A stretch of DNA of 20,000 nt from an uncultured virus (IMG/VR IMGVR_UViG_3300025280_000029) (IMGVR_UViG_3300025280_000029), one strand, 5' to 3'; counted from the stretch's first letter, positions 1 through 9,517 are shown. A program made the numbers and translations. The notes: generated by a model not told the origin, from the letters alone.

Positions 1-1
1 G

Positions 2-694
2 GTTGTCCGCCCGGGCGGTCAAGGTCATGGCTCTGGCTCATATTTAAAATACAAAGGCCGTCATATCGTTGTGACGGCTGCTCACGTTGTGGAAGGCTTT
101 AGGCACATGGTTGTCTCCGGCCGCAACGGAGAGAATGTTATAGGCAGAGTAATCTATGAAGACGAAAGAACCGATCTTGCCGTACTGTCGGTACCGAAGA
201 TCAACAGCCGAGTTCCCATGCCATATCGTGTACGCGGATCCCTAGCTAATAAGAACTTAGTTGGCGCCGGCGTAACTTATACGGGCTTCCCGGGCCGCCA
301 TGACCTTCTAACGATCATGGGCCGAGTCGCCTCTTTGGAAAAGGGCTATATTGTTGTTAACATGTACGGGTGGTTTGGCTCCTCTGGTTCGGGAGTTTAC
401 GATAACCAGGGCCGACTCTTGGGTATTGTGTCTGCCATTGACATAGGTAGCTGGTCTATTCCAATACCTCTAGATAGTTTAGTTTGGGTTGCCCCAATCT
501 GGTCTTTGGATCAGGAAATATTAGACATAAGAATGCAGCTGCAGATCAAAGAAGAAGAAGCTCAGAAAGAGCACAAGCTTCCAGACAGCCCATTGACAAA
601 AGACCCAGCCCCCGACCAGGGCGCTGGAGACCAAACGGAGGAAGATAATGGCGATCTTCCACCACCGATAAGGGCTTTCCCTGGCGGAGAATAA
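2..694 (+). CDS. Trypsin-like (S1/PA clan) serine protease, 5'-truncated by window edge, with acidic Pro-rich C-terminal tail
   Basis: Frame is open from base 2 (VVRPGGQGHGSGSYLKYKGRHIVVTAAHVV). Catalytic triad motifs TAAH (His), DLAVL (Asp) and GSSGSG (Ser) are present. Confidence 0.9.
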   Translation, partial: VVRPGGQGHGSGSYLKYKGRHIVVTAAHVVEGFRHMVVSGRNGENVIGRVIYEDERTDLAVLSVPKINSRVPMPYRVRGSLANKNLVGAGVTYTGFPGRHDLLTIMGRVASLEKGYIVVNMYGWFGSSGSGVYDNQGRLLGIVSAIDIGSWSIPIPLDSLVWVAPIWSLDQEILDIRMQLQIKEEEAQKEHKLPDSPLTKDPAPDQGAGDQTEEDNGDLPPPIRAFPGGE

Positions 695-695
695 A

Positions 696-1700
696 ATGAA
701 ACGTATATTCTCCCTAGTATTAATATTATTAACCATAGGCTGCGAGGGAGATTATACAATCCATGGCGGCTACCAAGATCCGGTCTACATCGAGGTTGAA
801 GTGCCAGTCGAAGTACCAATCGAAGTTCCCGGCGACGGCGGCGATGTCTGGATCGACAGCTTTGATCAACCCTACACGATGGACGGGATTGATATTGTCT
901 GGCTGATTGACAAGTCAGGCTCCATGCACCAGCACTCTCAGTCGGTAGTCGACGGCATTGAACAAATGATGCTTTCCCTTCCGCCGTCCGGTTGGAGATT
1001 GGGAATCACAACTACAGCATGGCAGGACTCCGGTACTACAGCACAATTCCCGTTGGTCCCGGGAGATAGTGTTCAGGATGCTTGGGATGCTTATAACAAC
1101 ACAGGCACCTATGGTTTAGAAGCAGGCTTCGACGCCCTCTATGCCTACTTGGTGGAGAATTCATATAATCAATCGTGGTTACGGCCAAACGCAGGACTCC
1201 TTGTTGTTTTTGTAAGCGATGAGGAGGAACAGAGCAGCCGCGATTTTACTTTTTCACCCGGCGGCCTACAAGATTTTATAAACTGGTACGGTAGCCAGCG
1301 ACCTTCTGTATTCTTGGCTAGCATTGTAAACCTACCAGCCGCAGACTCGCTTTGTAACACGGGACATCACTCCACATACATCAGCCAGCGTTACATCGAT
1401 GCAACTAATGCATTCGGAGGCGTCGTTGTGGATATTTGTTCGACAGATTGGGCCCCCGGAGTTCAGGCCGCGACATCTCAGGTTGAGCCCCATGAAGAAT
1501 GGGAGTTAACTTTTACCCCCATCGAAGACACTTTGATAGTTTTTGTAAACTCTTCAGAATCCAGCAATCTTGATTGGGTTTATAACCCTCTCACCAACAG
1601 CGTAGAGTTCCTTCTTGTCCCCCCTGAAGGTTCGCACGTGGAGATTGGTTACGTTATAGATTATTCACTAGGCGACGATGACGATTCTGCAGTTAATTAA
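696..1700 (+). CDS. VWA-domain lipoprotein
   Basis: Signal peptide with lipobox (MKRIFSLVLILLTIG-C). MIDAS motif DIVWLIDKSGSM and LLVVFVSDEEEQS. C-terminal beta-rich region ends in GDDDDSAVN. RBS GGAG upstream. Confidence 0.85.
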   Translation: MKRIFSLVLILLTIGCEGDYTIHGGYQDPVYIEVEVPVEVPIEVPGDGGDVWIDSFDQPYTMDGIDIVWLIDKSGSMHQHSQSVVDGIEQMMLSLPPSGWRLGITTTAWQDSGTTAQFPLVPGDSVQDAWDAYNNTGTYGLEAGFDALYAYLVENSYNQSWLRPNAGLLVVFVSDEEEQSSRDFTFSPGGLQDFINWYGSQRPSVFLASIVNLPAADSLCNTGHHSTYISQRYIDATNAFGGVVVDICSTDWAPGVQAATSQVEPHEEWELTFTPIEDTLIVFVNSSESSNLDWVYNPLTNSVEFLLVPPEGSHVEIGYVIDYSLGDDDDSAVN

Positions 1701-1707
1701 CTATTTA
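1699..1707 (+). promoter_or_regulatory. AACTATTTA motif, putative phage late-type promoter element
   Basis: Identical 9-mer occurs at 2893-2901 and 12859-12867, each 14-28 nt upstream of a start codon. Confidence 0.5.
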
Positions 1708-1735
1708 ATACAGTTAAACTAAAGAAAGGTTACAG

Positions 1736-1921
1736 ATGAAGAAAAAGAATATTTCTACAGTGGCCTGCAATACAGATGAGCATGAGAATATATTACCCAT
1801 TTCTCTGGAAAAACAAAAGGCTTTGCTCGATTTAATAAATCGAAGAAAGTCTGGTATTATCTCTAGAGAAGAACTTAAGGACTTATTGTTCCCTGATCAG
1901 CAGTCGACACTGTTCCACTAA
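1736..1921 (+). CDS. Hypothetical protein (61 aa, SHOCT-like GIISREE motif)
   Basis: ATG with AAAGG upstream. ORF fills the gap between neighbours. Confidence 0.55.
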   Translation: MKKKNISTVACNTDEHENILPISLEKQKALLDLINRRKSGIISREELKDLLFPDQQSTLFH

Positions 1922-1941
1922 AACATTAGGAAGAAGAAAAA

Positions 1942-2178
1942 ATGAAAAAATTACTCCTGCGCGCCTTGGGCCTCGACAAGTTAGAGCAGAAAATTATTAG
2001 ACTAGAATCTGAGGTAGAGAGATTGTGGGCCATTAATAGAGAGAACGAAGAATTATTAGATTACATTGATCAGGTTCGCAGCCTTGAGAGTCTAATGATG
2101 GGTGATCTTCCGGAAGGATCGTTTGATGAGCTAGCAGCTTTGATTGCCCAGACTTCGGAGCCGATTGGCAATGCCTGA
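1942..2178 (+). CDS. Hypothetical coiled-coil protein (78 aa)
   Basis: AGGAAG RBS, heptad-like pattern, TGATG overlap with the next gene. Confidence 0.7.
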   Translation: MKKLLLRALGLDKLEQKIIRLESEVERLWAINRENEELLDYIDQVRSLESLMMGDLPEGSFDELAALIAQTSEPIGNA

Positions 2179-2906
2179 TGGAGAAAATATATCTTTTCGA
2201 CGTTGATGGGACTTTAACCGAGCCTCGTCAAAAAATCGACGAGGCCTTCGCCGAGATTTTTCTTAAGTGGGCCTCCGACAAGATTGTTTATCTTGTTACC
2301 GGAAGCGATCTGGGAAAGATAAAACAACAGGTCTTTGACGAACTTTTGAATGCATGCACTGGTGTATTTTGTTGTCTGGGGAACACTTTCTACAAAAACG
2401 ACAAGTTGGTTTTCAAGAAAGGTTTTCGGCCGAAGCTTGAACTGACGGAGGACTTGGAAGCATATGTAGAGGCCTCCTCATATCCTGTTAAGACCGGTAA
2501 ACATATTGAAAAAAGAACAGGGATGATAAACTTTAGCGTCGTCGGCCGAAACGCGACGAAAGAGCAGAGAGAGGATTATTACGCCTGGGATCAGAAAAAC
2601 CACGAAAGAGCAGACATTGTTGATTATATTACAAAAGCTTGGCCCAAGTTAGATGTGGCTGTAGGTGGGATGATAAGTGTAGATATTTTTGCCAAAGGGA
2701 GGGATAAGTCTCAAGTCTTAAAGCATCTGAAAAAGGAACACGGCTCAGACTTGAGTATTGTTTTCACTGGTGATAGAATATACCCATCGGGTAATGATTA
2801 TGGTTTGGCTATGGCTCTGGAGAAAATGCCAAACTGCCAACACCTTTCTGTTTTAGGATATGAAGAAACCCGGGCACTAATTGAGTATTCCGAACTATTT
2901 AGATAG
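2178..2906 (+). CDS. Eukaryote-type phosphomannomutase (HAD-IIB, PMM/Sec53-like)
   Basis: Motifs LFDVDGTLT, IEKRTGMINFSVVGRNA, GGMISVDIF and FTGDRIYPSGNDY match those of alpha-PMM. Confidence 0.88.
   Translation: MEKIYLFDVDGTLTEPRQKIDEAFAEIFLKWASDKIVYLVTGSDLGKIKQQVFDELLNACTGVFCCLGNTFYKNDKLVFKKGFRPKLELTEDLEAYVEASSYPVKTGKHIEKRTGMINFSVVGRNATKEQREDYYAWDQKNHERADIVDYITKAWPKLDVAVGGMISVDIFAKGRDKSQVLKHLKKEHGSDLSIVFTGDRIYPSGNDYGLAMALEKMPNCQHLSVLGYEETRALIEYSELFR
2893..2901 (+). promoter_or_regulatory. AACTATTTA motif, putative late promoter element
   Basis: Second copy of the motif, 24 nt before ATG 2926. Confidence 0.5.
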
Positions 2907-2925
2907 ATACTAGAGGGACTTACCG

Positions 2926-3318
2926 ATGAAACATCTTATGGAAAATTGGAAGAAATACGCCTTATCGGAAAGAGATGGGGAATACTTCCAAAAGATTTTT
3001 AAAATAATTGTTAGAGTACACATAAGGAAATCCTCCGCGTCGGATGAAGAGACTATCCGAGGATTTGCAGACAAAGGACAGACTCAGCAAGACATTCGCG
3101 CGATTGCAGACGTACTAACCGTTGCATCCCGCCCCGGCGGGCAGAGGGAAACAGACGAAAAATATATATCAGATATGGAGATAAGGTACAGAGTTTCCAA
3201 GAAAGCTATAGATCCTAGAGTGGCCGCCATCCACTTAAAGGAAAAGATTAAGAACCTGCCCAGTGTTCTAGCAGTGGAGGGTGGCGAAACTCCGGTAGAC
3301 GTTTCAAGGAAAGCATGA
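2926..3318 (+). CDS. Hypothetical protein with N-terminal MKHLMENWKKY tag
   Basis: GAGGG RBS. N-terminal motif is shared with ORF 16474. Confidence 0.75.
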   Translation: MKHLMENWKKYALSERDGEYFQKIFKIIVRVHIRKSSASDEETIRGFADKGQTQQDIRAIADVLTVASRPGGQRETDEKYISDMEIRYRVSKKAIDPRVAAIHLKEKIKNLPSVLAVEGGETPVDVSRKA

Positions 3319-3533
3319 TGAAAATTTCAATTGATAATCTGAGGGAAATTGTTCGCGAAGAGCTAGAGCTTCTAGAAATAGAGAAGATCCAGAAGGCTTG
3401 GCGCAGGAAGCATCCGAGAATGAAGGATCGCATACTTAACCGCGGCCCAAACAAAGAAGATGGCGGTGGCGAAGGTATTAAGACCCACGCTAGTACGAAG
3501 AGGGGCAATGCCCCGCCGGGAGCAGGAAGATGA
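3315..3533 (+). CDS. Hypothetical basic protein (72 aa) with MKISIDNLREIVREEL N-terminus
   Basis: ATGA overlaps on both sides. Confidence 0.7.
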   Translation: MMKISIDNLREIVREELELLEIEKIQKAWRRKHPRMKDRILNRGPNKEDGGGEGIKTHASTKRGNAPPGAGR

Positions 3534-4294
3534 TAAGTATAAAGATCGTCGGAGACGATAGCGGTATTCTCTCTTCTTTTGAAACGAGAGCGGAACTGAA
3601 TCAAGATGTTTGGGAGGGGAAAGCCCTTCGCCCTGAGGTATCCGAGAGGTTGGTTGAAATTGCTGAAGACTTTCTAGAAAGCCTAGGCATGGGTGTTTCC
3701 AATTGGACCTTGACTATTACTGGTTCTTTGGCAAATTATAATTGGTCTAAGTACTCCGACATTGACTTACACATCATTCTCCCCTTCGAAGATATTGACG
3801 AGAATGAAGAATTATTGAGAGAATTTTTTAATGCAAAGCAGGCCGTGTGGAATTCAAAGCACGACATTCTCGTAAAGGAACATCAAGTTGAGATATACGT
3901 GCAGAATGAATCGGAGCCTCACATTTCCACAGGCGTATATTCTATATCCGACAACAGCTGGTTGCTAGAGCCGGTAAGGGAATCATCTGACATAGACCGG
4001 CCCAGCGTAAGAATAAAGTCCGACACCCTGACCAAGCGAATAAGCCAGATAGAAAAAATGTTCAATGAGGGCAAAGATGAAGAAGTTTATTCTGAGGCTA
4101 TGATTCTCAAGGACAAGATAAAGAAGATGAGAAAATGTGGCTTAGACAAGGAGGGCATTTTCTCAGTCGAGAACATATCATTTAAGGTCTTAAGAAGAAA
4201 CGGTTCGATGGGTAGGCTTATTGGCTTAATCAATAGTTCGTATGATAATCTGATGAGCTTAGCGGAATCAGATGATCAAGATAAAGATAACTAA
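3530..4294 (+). CDS. Pol-beta-superfamily nucleotidyltransferase
   Basis: Signature hG[S]x9DhD is present as ITGSLANYNWSKYSDIDLHI, with a third acidic residue in VEIYVQ and a helical C-terminal region. Confidence 0.85.
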   Translation: MISIKIVGDDSGILSSFETRAELNQDVWEGKALRPEVSERLVEIAEDFLESLGMGVSNWTLTITGSLANYNWSKYSDIDLHIILPFEDIDENEELLREFFNAKQAVWNSKHDILVKEHQVEIYVQNESEPHISTGVYSISDNSWLLEPVRESSDIDRPSVRIKSDTLTKRISQIEKMFNEGKDEEVYSEAMILKDKIKKMRKCGLDKEGIFSVENISFKVLRRNGSMGRLIGLINSSYDNLMSLAESDDQDKDN

Positions 4295-4673
4295 CATGAA
4301 GATCAATGGCACAGCCGTCATAATTATTGACGCTGACGACCGCGTACTGCTGCTTCGCAGGGAGCCGACAAGCACATGGATGCCCGACAAGTGGGCCTTC
4401 CCGGGCGGGAAGATAGAGCCCGGCGAATCACCACCTGCCGCGGCCACTAGAGAGACAAAAGAAGAGACAGATCTAGATATAAGAACTTTGCAGGAATTGC
4501 AACCAAGCTATCAAGTACCAGTGTTTCTTTCCGAGGACTGGTCTGGTAAGGTGAAAATAAATGGAGAACATACTGATTTCTCCTGGGTTCACTTAAAGGA
4601 TGTTGCGAAATATGATACAGTACCACATATAGAAGCCCTTATTAGGAGAGCCTTAGATGTCAGAAAAAAGTGA
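4272..4673 (+). CDS. Nudix hydrolase
   Basis: Nudix box GGKIEPGESPPAAATRETKEETDL, preceded by VLLLRR and WAFP. Confidence 0.93.
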   Translation: MIKIKITNMKINGTAVIIIDADDRVLLLRREPTSTWMPDKWAFPGGKIEPGESPPAAATRETKEETDLDIRTLQELQPSYQVPVFLSEDWSGKVKINGEHTDFSWVHLKDVAKYDTVPHIEALIRRALDVRKK

Positions 4674-5031
4674 AATTGAAGAACTGAGTGAGGAGAGCCT
4701 TGCGAGCGAGTCTGCAGACTCTATCGAAGAGGTTGAAAAGCTCAAACCGAAGCCGCCACCGAGACTCGCCCCGGAGGGTATAAGAACATTTACTGTTTGT
4801 CGGCAGTTTGATGAGACTGGCGTCTCCGGCGAAGGAGTCGTAATTGAAGGTGTAACTCTGGCCACAGGGCAGTGTGTTGTACATTGGCTCTTTCCTCCCC
4901 CGCGCGGCGGCATTGCTATATTTGACTCAATGAACGACTTTACTACAGTTCATATCAAACCACACCCCAGCAATAGGACCATCATCACATACGACGACGG
5001 GGAGCAACTGGTCTTTGGCACCGATGAATAG
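4657..5031 (+). CDS. Conserved phage-type hypothetical protein
   Basis: GGAG RBS, acidic N-terminus, then RxxDETGVSGEGVVIEGV..G..VVHW core. Overlaps both neighbours. Confidence 0.7.
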   Translation: MSEKSEIEELSEESLASESADSIEEVEKLKPKPPPRLAPEGIRTFTVCRQFDETGVSGEGVVIEGVTLATGQCVVHWLFPPPRGGIAIFDSMNDFTTVHIKPHPSNRTIITYDDGEQLVFGTDE

Positions 5032-5203
5032 GGCATCTACCGCGATATTCTTGTTACTGGCTGTCTTATGGATAACCTTATCGTATGCTTCATATCACGT
5101 TAACGGAGAGCTAGATCTTAAGTCGGCGCAGCTTCTAATGACTGGAATTCTCTGCCTAGGTATTGGAATCATTGTTGCGCTCCACAAGGACGAAGAAAGT
5201 TAA
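5015..5203 (+). CDS. Small membrane protein with two TM helices
   Basis: Two hydrophobic stretches (AIFLLLAVLWITLS and LLMTGILCLGIGIIVAL). The true start may be ATG 5024. Confidence 0.6.
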   Translation: MAPMNRASTAIFLLLAVLWITLSYASYHVNGELDLKSAQLLMTGILCLGIGIIVALHKDEES

Positions 5204-5207
5204 AAGT

Positions 5208-5609
5208 ATGGAACTAATATCGACACATTTTGTAAAGACTCAGGATGTAGGCTACCACGGCAATTTATTTGGTGGCGTTATGCTAGCATGGTTGGACGAG
5301 GCAGCAGCAGGATTTGCAGCCCAGGTCTGTGACACTCCGCAAGTGGTCACTAGGCACATCGCTGGATTAACTTTTGAGAAGCCAGTTCGTCCCGGCCAAC
5401 TAATTAAGATATATGGAGAAGTTGAGAGGATTGGTAAAACTTCAATAACTTTAAATATTGAAGCTCGCCGTCACAGTGTTTACAACGGAACACAGAAAAC
5501 AGTGGTGGCAACAGAGATGATCTTTGTTCGCATCGACGGCGATGGAGAGTCAATACCAATAAGCGAGCGAGTTCGACAAAAATATAGATGTGATGGAGAT
5601 TTTTCATGA
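5208..5609 (+). CDS. Acyl-CoA thioesterase (HotDog fold, YciA-like)
   Basis: Motifs HGNLFGGVMLAWLDEAAA, FEKPVRPG and IGKTSITL. Start placed at ATG 5208 after the previous stop. Confidence 0.9.
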   Translation: MELISTHFVKTQDVGYHGNLFGGVMLAWLDEAAAGFAAQVCDTPQVVTRHIAGLTFEKPVRPGQLIKIYGEVERIGKTSITLNIEARRHSVYNGTQKTVVATEMIFVRIDGDGESIPISERVRQKYRCDGDFS

Positions 5610-7906
5610 GCTTTCATAATAAATGGAGAGAATTTAAAAAGCAGGGTCCCCTGCTTTTAGAGATAGACGAGACGGAAGTTGACCACATTGCAGACTTCTT
5701 GTCCGGTATGAAATCAGACGATCTTCCATTCAAACATTTGTTTGGTGATCGCATGCGCCTCCGCCTTCCATTTAGGAGATCGCCAAAGGATGCGAAGCTA
5801 TCTGAGTGGGAAGGCTCTTTGCGGAACACATCGTGGGTGGTTGACTGGAAGTCTGGAACAATCTCTAGAGATGTGAAGAGTGCAAGAAATCAGCAAACAA
5901 GAACTGAAAAGATGAAAATTGGCAAGTGGCTAATGAAGTACATAAGGCTTCGGGGAAAATATCAGTTTTCCAGAAGAGATCAGGAATTCGGCATCGCTAA
6001 CGATATATTAGCTATTATAGAACCGGAGGGTGAATTCGGTGATCGTGGCGCCCCCTCCGCGGACGCAGAAGAGGCTAAGAAAAAGCTAGCTAGCTTTGTT
6101 TCTTTCGATTGGGCCAGAGACCACACAGAGGAATACGCAAAGAAGATTTTAAGTGTTTATCAAAAGACTCGCGGCGAGATGCTTAACATGTCTATCGTTG
6201 TGACTCGTCATCCCATCGACGTTTTACGAATGGCCGACTTTGAACACATTCAGTCTTGCCATTCACCCCCCTCTCGCGGCGGCGGCGGTTTCTCCTCATA
6301 CTATCAGTGCGCAGTCGCGGAAGCTCATGGTCATGGCGCTGTTGCCTATATTGTCAATGACGACCAGTTACAAGAGCTTGTAGGTCCGGACGAGGACGTA
6401 AGTGCCCTGGACGATCAAGAATTATTTAGCGACGATGCGCGCGATGTTGAGGGTATTGTGCCGCTCGCGCGCGTCCGAGTGAGAAGGATTGTTTTCAAGA
6501 CATCTCAGGATGGTCCCCAGGTCGATTTGGCTGTACCGGAAGAGAGAATCTACGGCCCCGATCTCGACGGTTTTCATTCAACTGTGGTCAAGTGGCTGCA
6601 CACCGCTCAGGAGGGTAGAGAGAAACTATTTCCGAGAAATTCTGAAGGTCAAATTAATCTAGGTCAGTTTAGCATAGTGGGCGGCACCCAGCAGGACACT
6701 AGTGCGAATGATATGTTTCAAACCTTGTATCCAGAGGCCGGACACAGCCACAGAGCCGGATCGAAATACTATGGAGCCATTGGAACCAACTATAAACTAG
6801 AAGATGAAATCCTAGCAGGCTTGGGCATCGGAACTGCAGCCTTCGAAGCTGAGTTGAAAGATATTGCAATTGTGTGGGACGAGCAAAATTACAATGTACT
6901 TCCGTCCAACTACGAAGATCTAGATCTTAACGATATTTTGCGCAAAATAATCCCTACGATAGAAGTCGAAGTGGGTGTCAACGCCGAGGATGGAACGACC
7001 TGGGCTTCTCTGGCCGCCAGTCAAAAGTTCAGCATTCCCGTGTCTGAATTCAAAGGCCGCGCGACCGCCGGTAGATTATACAATGATCTGGATCATATAA
7101 AAGATGAATTCAACGATATGGGAGTGGATTGGATTGACAGCATTACGGTTGGCCCCCAACGCCGGCACGACGGAGAAGATATGAATAACATTTATATAAA
7201 CTTTAAGATGGGGTCTGAGAGGGTTTCCTACTACCCCTACATCCACGACCCCACGGAACTAGAGAGGGTTTTAGACAACTTGGCAAAATTCCACTCAGAT
7301 CGCGAAGGCTGGAAGTCAGAGCTTGAAATGATGCTCAAGCGGTACGATCTGCTAGAGGGCGCCGAACTTTATCAACTAGCCCAGGAGGTTGATAATGCAA
7401 CCTTTGATGAAAACGGGTGGGACACCGAGGTGGACGATCCGTATAATCCCACAGAGTTGACAGCTGATATATGGGGCATAGAAGTTCGCAAAGACGCTGC
7501 CGGCCCCCAGACAGATCGGATACTTTCCTCGCGCGATTTTAAAATTGCTTTAAAGAAAGCTATAGTCTTATCCGCTACACAGAAAGCTTCAGTTGGCGAC
7601 ATTCAATATCCGCCTTACAGCTTCAGCGCAACACACATAAAAGAAAAGACGTACCAATACAGACTTCATTTTGGAGTCACGGACGATTCTTCGGATGCGC
7701 AGGTGGCTGTCCTAACCGCCGTGCTAAAACATTTAGATGCAGATGATATACAATTAATTGTCGACAGGACTTTATCAGACATAGTTAATACCGATTCCGA
7801 CACTGCTCAGAAAAGGTTGAAGGCCATGACCCAAGACTCTGCAAAAGAGCCAGCTTCGGAAACATCAAAATTGTTCGAAGGCTGGAGAAGGTATGTTAAA
7901 AAATAG
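5606..7906 (+). CDS. Large hypothetical protein (766 aa) with TRHPIDVLRM..SCH motif and W-containing tags at both termini
   Basis: Long uninterrupted ORF with GGAG RBS and ATGA overlap. Function not recognisable. Confidence 0.85.
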   Translation: MSFHNKWREFKKQGPLLLEIDETEVDHIADFLSGMKSDDLPFKHLFGDRMRLRLPFRRSPKDAKLSEWEGSLRNTSWVVDWKSGTISRDVKSARNQQTRTEKMKIGKWLMKYIRLRGKYQFSRRDQEFGIANDILAIIEPEGEFGDRGAPSADAEEAKKKLASFVSFDWARDHTEEYAKKILSVYQKTRGEMLNMSIVVTRHPIDVLRMADFEHIQSCHSPPSRGGGGFSSYYQCAVAEAHGHGAVAYIVNDDQLQELVGPDEDVSALDDQELFSDDARDVEGIVPLARVRVRRIVFKTSQDGPQVDLAVPEERIYGPDLDGFHSTVVKWLHTAQEGREKLFPRNSEGQINLGQFSIVGGTQQDTSANDMFQTLYPEAGHSHRAGSKYYGAIGTNYKLEDEILAGLGIGTAAFEAELKDIAIVWDEQNYNVLPSNYEDLDLNDILRKIIPTIEVEVGVNAEDGTTWASLAASQKFSIPVSEFKGRATAGRLYNDLDHIKDEFNDMGVDWIDSITVGPQRRHDGEDMNNIYINFKMGSERVSYYPYIHDPTELERVLDNLAKFHSDREGWKSELEMMLKRYDLLEGAELYQLAQEVDNATFDENGWDTEVDDPYNPTELTADIWGIEVRKDAAGPQTDRILSSRDFKIALKKAIVLSATQKASVGDIQYPPYSFSATHIKEKTYQYRLHFGVTDDSSDAQVAVLTAVLKHLDADDIQLIVDRTLSDIVNTDSDTAQKRLKAMTQDSAKEPASETSKLFEGWRRYVKK

Positions 7907-7936
7907 TCAGGTTGTATGCCCAAATTGTAAGATGCC

Positions 7937-7965
7937 TTTACAGGACACTGAAGACTGTATATACT
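7937..7965 (+). promoter_or_regulatory. Sigma70-like promoter
   Basis: TTTACA-17 bp-TATACT in an intergenic position upstream of an AAGGAG RBS. Confidence 0.65.
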
Positions 7966-7986
7966 GTGATTACAAGGAGAAAAAGG

Positions 7987-8787
7987 GTGATAAATAAGAT
8001 CTTAGATTGGTTTAGGGGTACTCCCCACCCGGCTACCGCTATTTTATCTGACGATCCGTCTGCGAATTATATCGTATTTTTAGATATGGACGGGGTTTTA
8101 GTTGATATGACTAAATTGACGGTAAAAATTATAAACGAAAATCTAGCCATGCTTAGAGATGGCACACCAGTCGAGGAAATACACCCCAGACCCTCAGAGC
8201 CAACATACAAGAGAACGTCTAGCCTTTATTTGAATGCTAGAAAGCAATTAGAGAAGCTAGCCGCACTCATGGAGGAAGCCGGCGAAGAAACCATCACATA
8301 CGCGAGGTTTGAACACTTAACGTTCCTGAAAGACACCGACGCACTTCGAAGCGGTTTGGAGCTTCAAGTGGGTGAATATTTCTTGTCCATGGCCACTGGC
8401 AACAGGGACTTTTGGATGAACATGGAGGCTCTACCCAATGCTCAAAAATTAGTAGACATGGGGAATCTAGTCTCCGACGCCTCCGGTGGAGTTAGAATTC
8501 TATCCGCGCCGCTGGACAATATAGTTGTTAAAGCGAAGAGAGACTGGGTAAAGGAAAACCTGAAAAACGTACAACCAGAGAATGTTTTCATCGAGAGAGA
8601 CAAAGGTAAGTTCTTATCAGACTACGAGATGCCTGCGGGAACAGTTCCAATACTTATCGATGATCGGGAAAAGTACAGGAGTGCTTTTGAGTCATCCGGC
8701 GGAAAAACGATTCCGTACAATCCGCAAAAAGTTCGCAAATCATTTAAACTAGCCAAGTCCATTCTAAAGAAAATTATCAGCCGCTAG
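7987..8787 (+). CDS. HAD-superfamily 5'(3')-nucleotidase-like protein with a large cap insertion
   Basis: Motif I FLDMDGVLVD, motif II ILSAP, conserved K (KRDW), motif IV LIDDR. Start moved to GTG 7987 behind AAGGAG. Confidence 0.8.
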   Translation: MINKILDWFRGTPHPATAILSDDPSANYIVFLDMDGVLVDMTKLTVKIINENLAMLRDGTPVEEIHPRPSEPTYKRTSSLYLNARKQLEKLAALMEEAGEETITYARFEHLTFLKDTDALRSGLELQVGEYFLSMATGNRDFWMNMEALPNAQKLVDMGNLVSDASGGVRILSAPLDNIVVKAKRDWVKENLKNVQPENVFIERDKGKFLSDYEMPAGTVPILIDDREKYRSAFESSGGKTIPYNPQKVRKSFKLAKSILKKIISR

Positions 8788-8816
8788 ACATTAAATATAT
8801 CTAATTGAGGGGGCAT

Positions 8817-9062
8817 ATGCTACAAAAACAAATGAAGTTTTGTGTTGGCGATTTGGTGAGGTTCGCCGGATGGTCCGATCCTGTCAACGTACTGGACGAT
8901 CATAAGATGGATCCGGGTACCCTTGGCATAGTCATACAAGTTACGCCACCCGTTGAGGGGGAGGGGTATCTTATGGTGGAAGAATATCTCGTTTGTTGGC
9001 CCCGCGACAGCGCGTTCTGGATGTATGAAAACGAAATGGAATTAGTTAACGGTGTCAGATAG
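8817..9062 (+). CDS. Small GDLV-family SH3/KOW-like protein
   Basis: FCVGDLVRF...LGIVI...YLVCW...MELVN. ATG 8817 lies behind GAGGGG. Confidence 0.75.
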   Translation: MLQKQMKFCVGDLVRFAGWSDPVNVLDDHKMDPGTLGIVIQVTPPVEGEGYLMVEEYLVCWPRDSAFWMYENEMELVNGVR

Positions 9063-9255
9063 AAACATTGAGGTGGGCGATCTAGTGTGCCTGTCGCAAC
9101 TTGAGCTTTCATTTTCTGAACAACCGACCGACCGTGGTCTAGTCATTGACATCGACAATGGTTTCTATTTGGTACATTGGTCGATTGGCCCCCCTACTCG
9201 GTCTTGGCAAACCATCGAGGAAATAATCAAATTAAATCAATATTGTCTTGATTAA
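9052..9255 (+). CDS. Small GDLV-family SH3/KOW-like protein
   Basis: IEVGDLVCL...RGLVI...YLVHW. Confidence 0.75.
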   Translation: MSDRNIEVGDLVCLSQLELSFSEQPTDRGLVIDIDNGFYLVHWSIGPPTRSWQTIEEIIKLNQYCLD

Positions 9256-9276
9256 TTCTGCGTTTCTAGTTATAAT
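9248..9276 (+). promoter_or_regulatory. Sigma70-like promoter
   Basis: TTGATT-17 bp-TATAAT. It sits very close to ATG 9278, so its relation to that start codon is uncertain. Confidence 0.5.
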
Positions 9277-9277
9277 A

Positions 9278-9517
9278 ATGGTAAAGAAGAGTAGTAAAAG
9301 TAGATATAACATAGGAGATCTGATAACAATATCAGAGGAATTAAGATCAATAACATCAGATTCCGAACCCCCCTTACTTGGGATAGTTTTTGGTGTTAGA
9401 GAATCCGGCAATTTTGATATGCATGAGTATCAAATTCTTTGGCAGGACCCCGGGGAGAATATGTCGAGCGAGGAACAGTGGTATCCAGAAATGTTTTTAC
9501 AAGGTGTTAAGAAATGA
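9278..9517 (+). CDS. Small GDLV-family SH3/KOW-like protein
   Basis: YNIGDLITI...LGIVF...YQILW. Start codon uncertain. Confidence 0.7.
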   Translation: MVKKSSKSRYNIGDLITISEELRSITSDSEPPLLGIVFGVRESGNFDMHEYQILWQDPGENMSSEEQWYPEMFLQGVKK

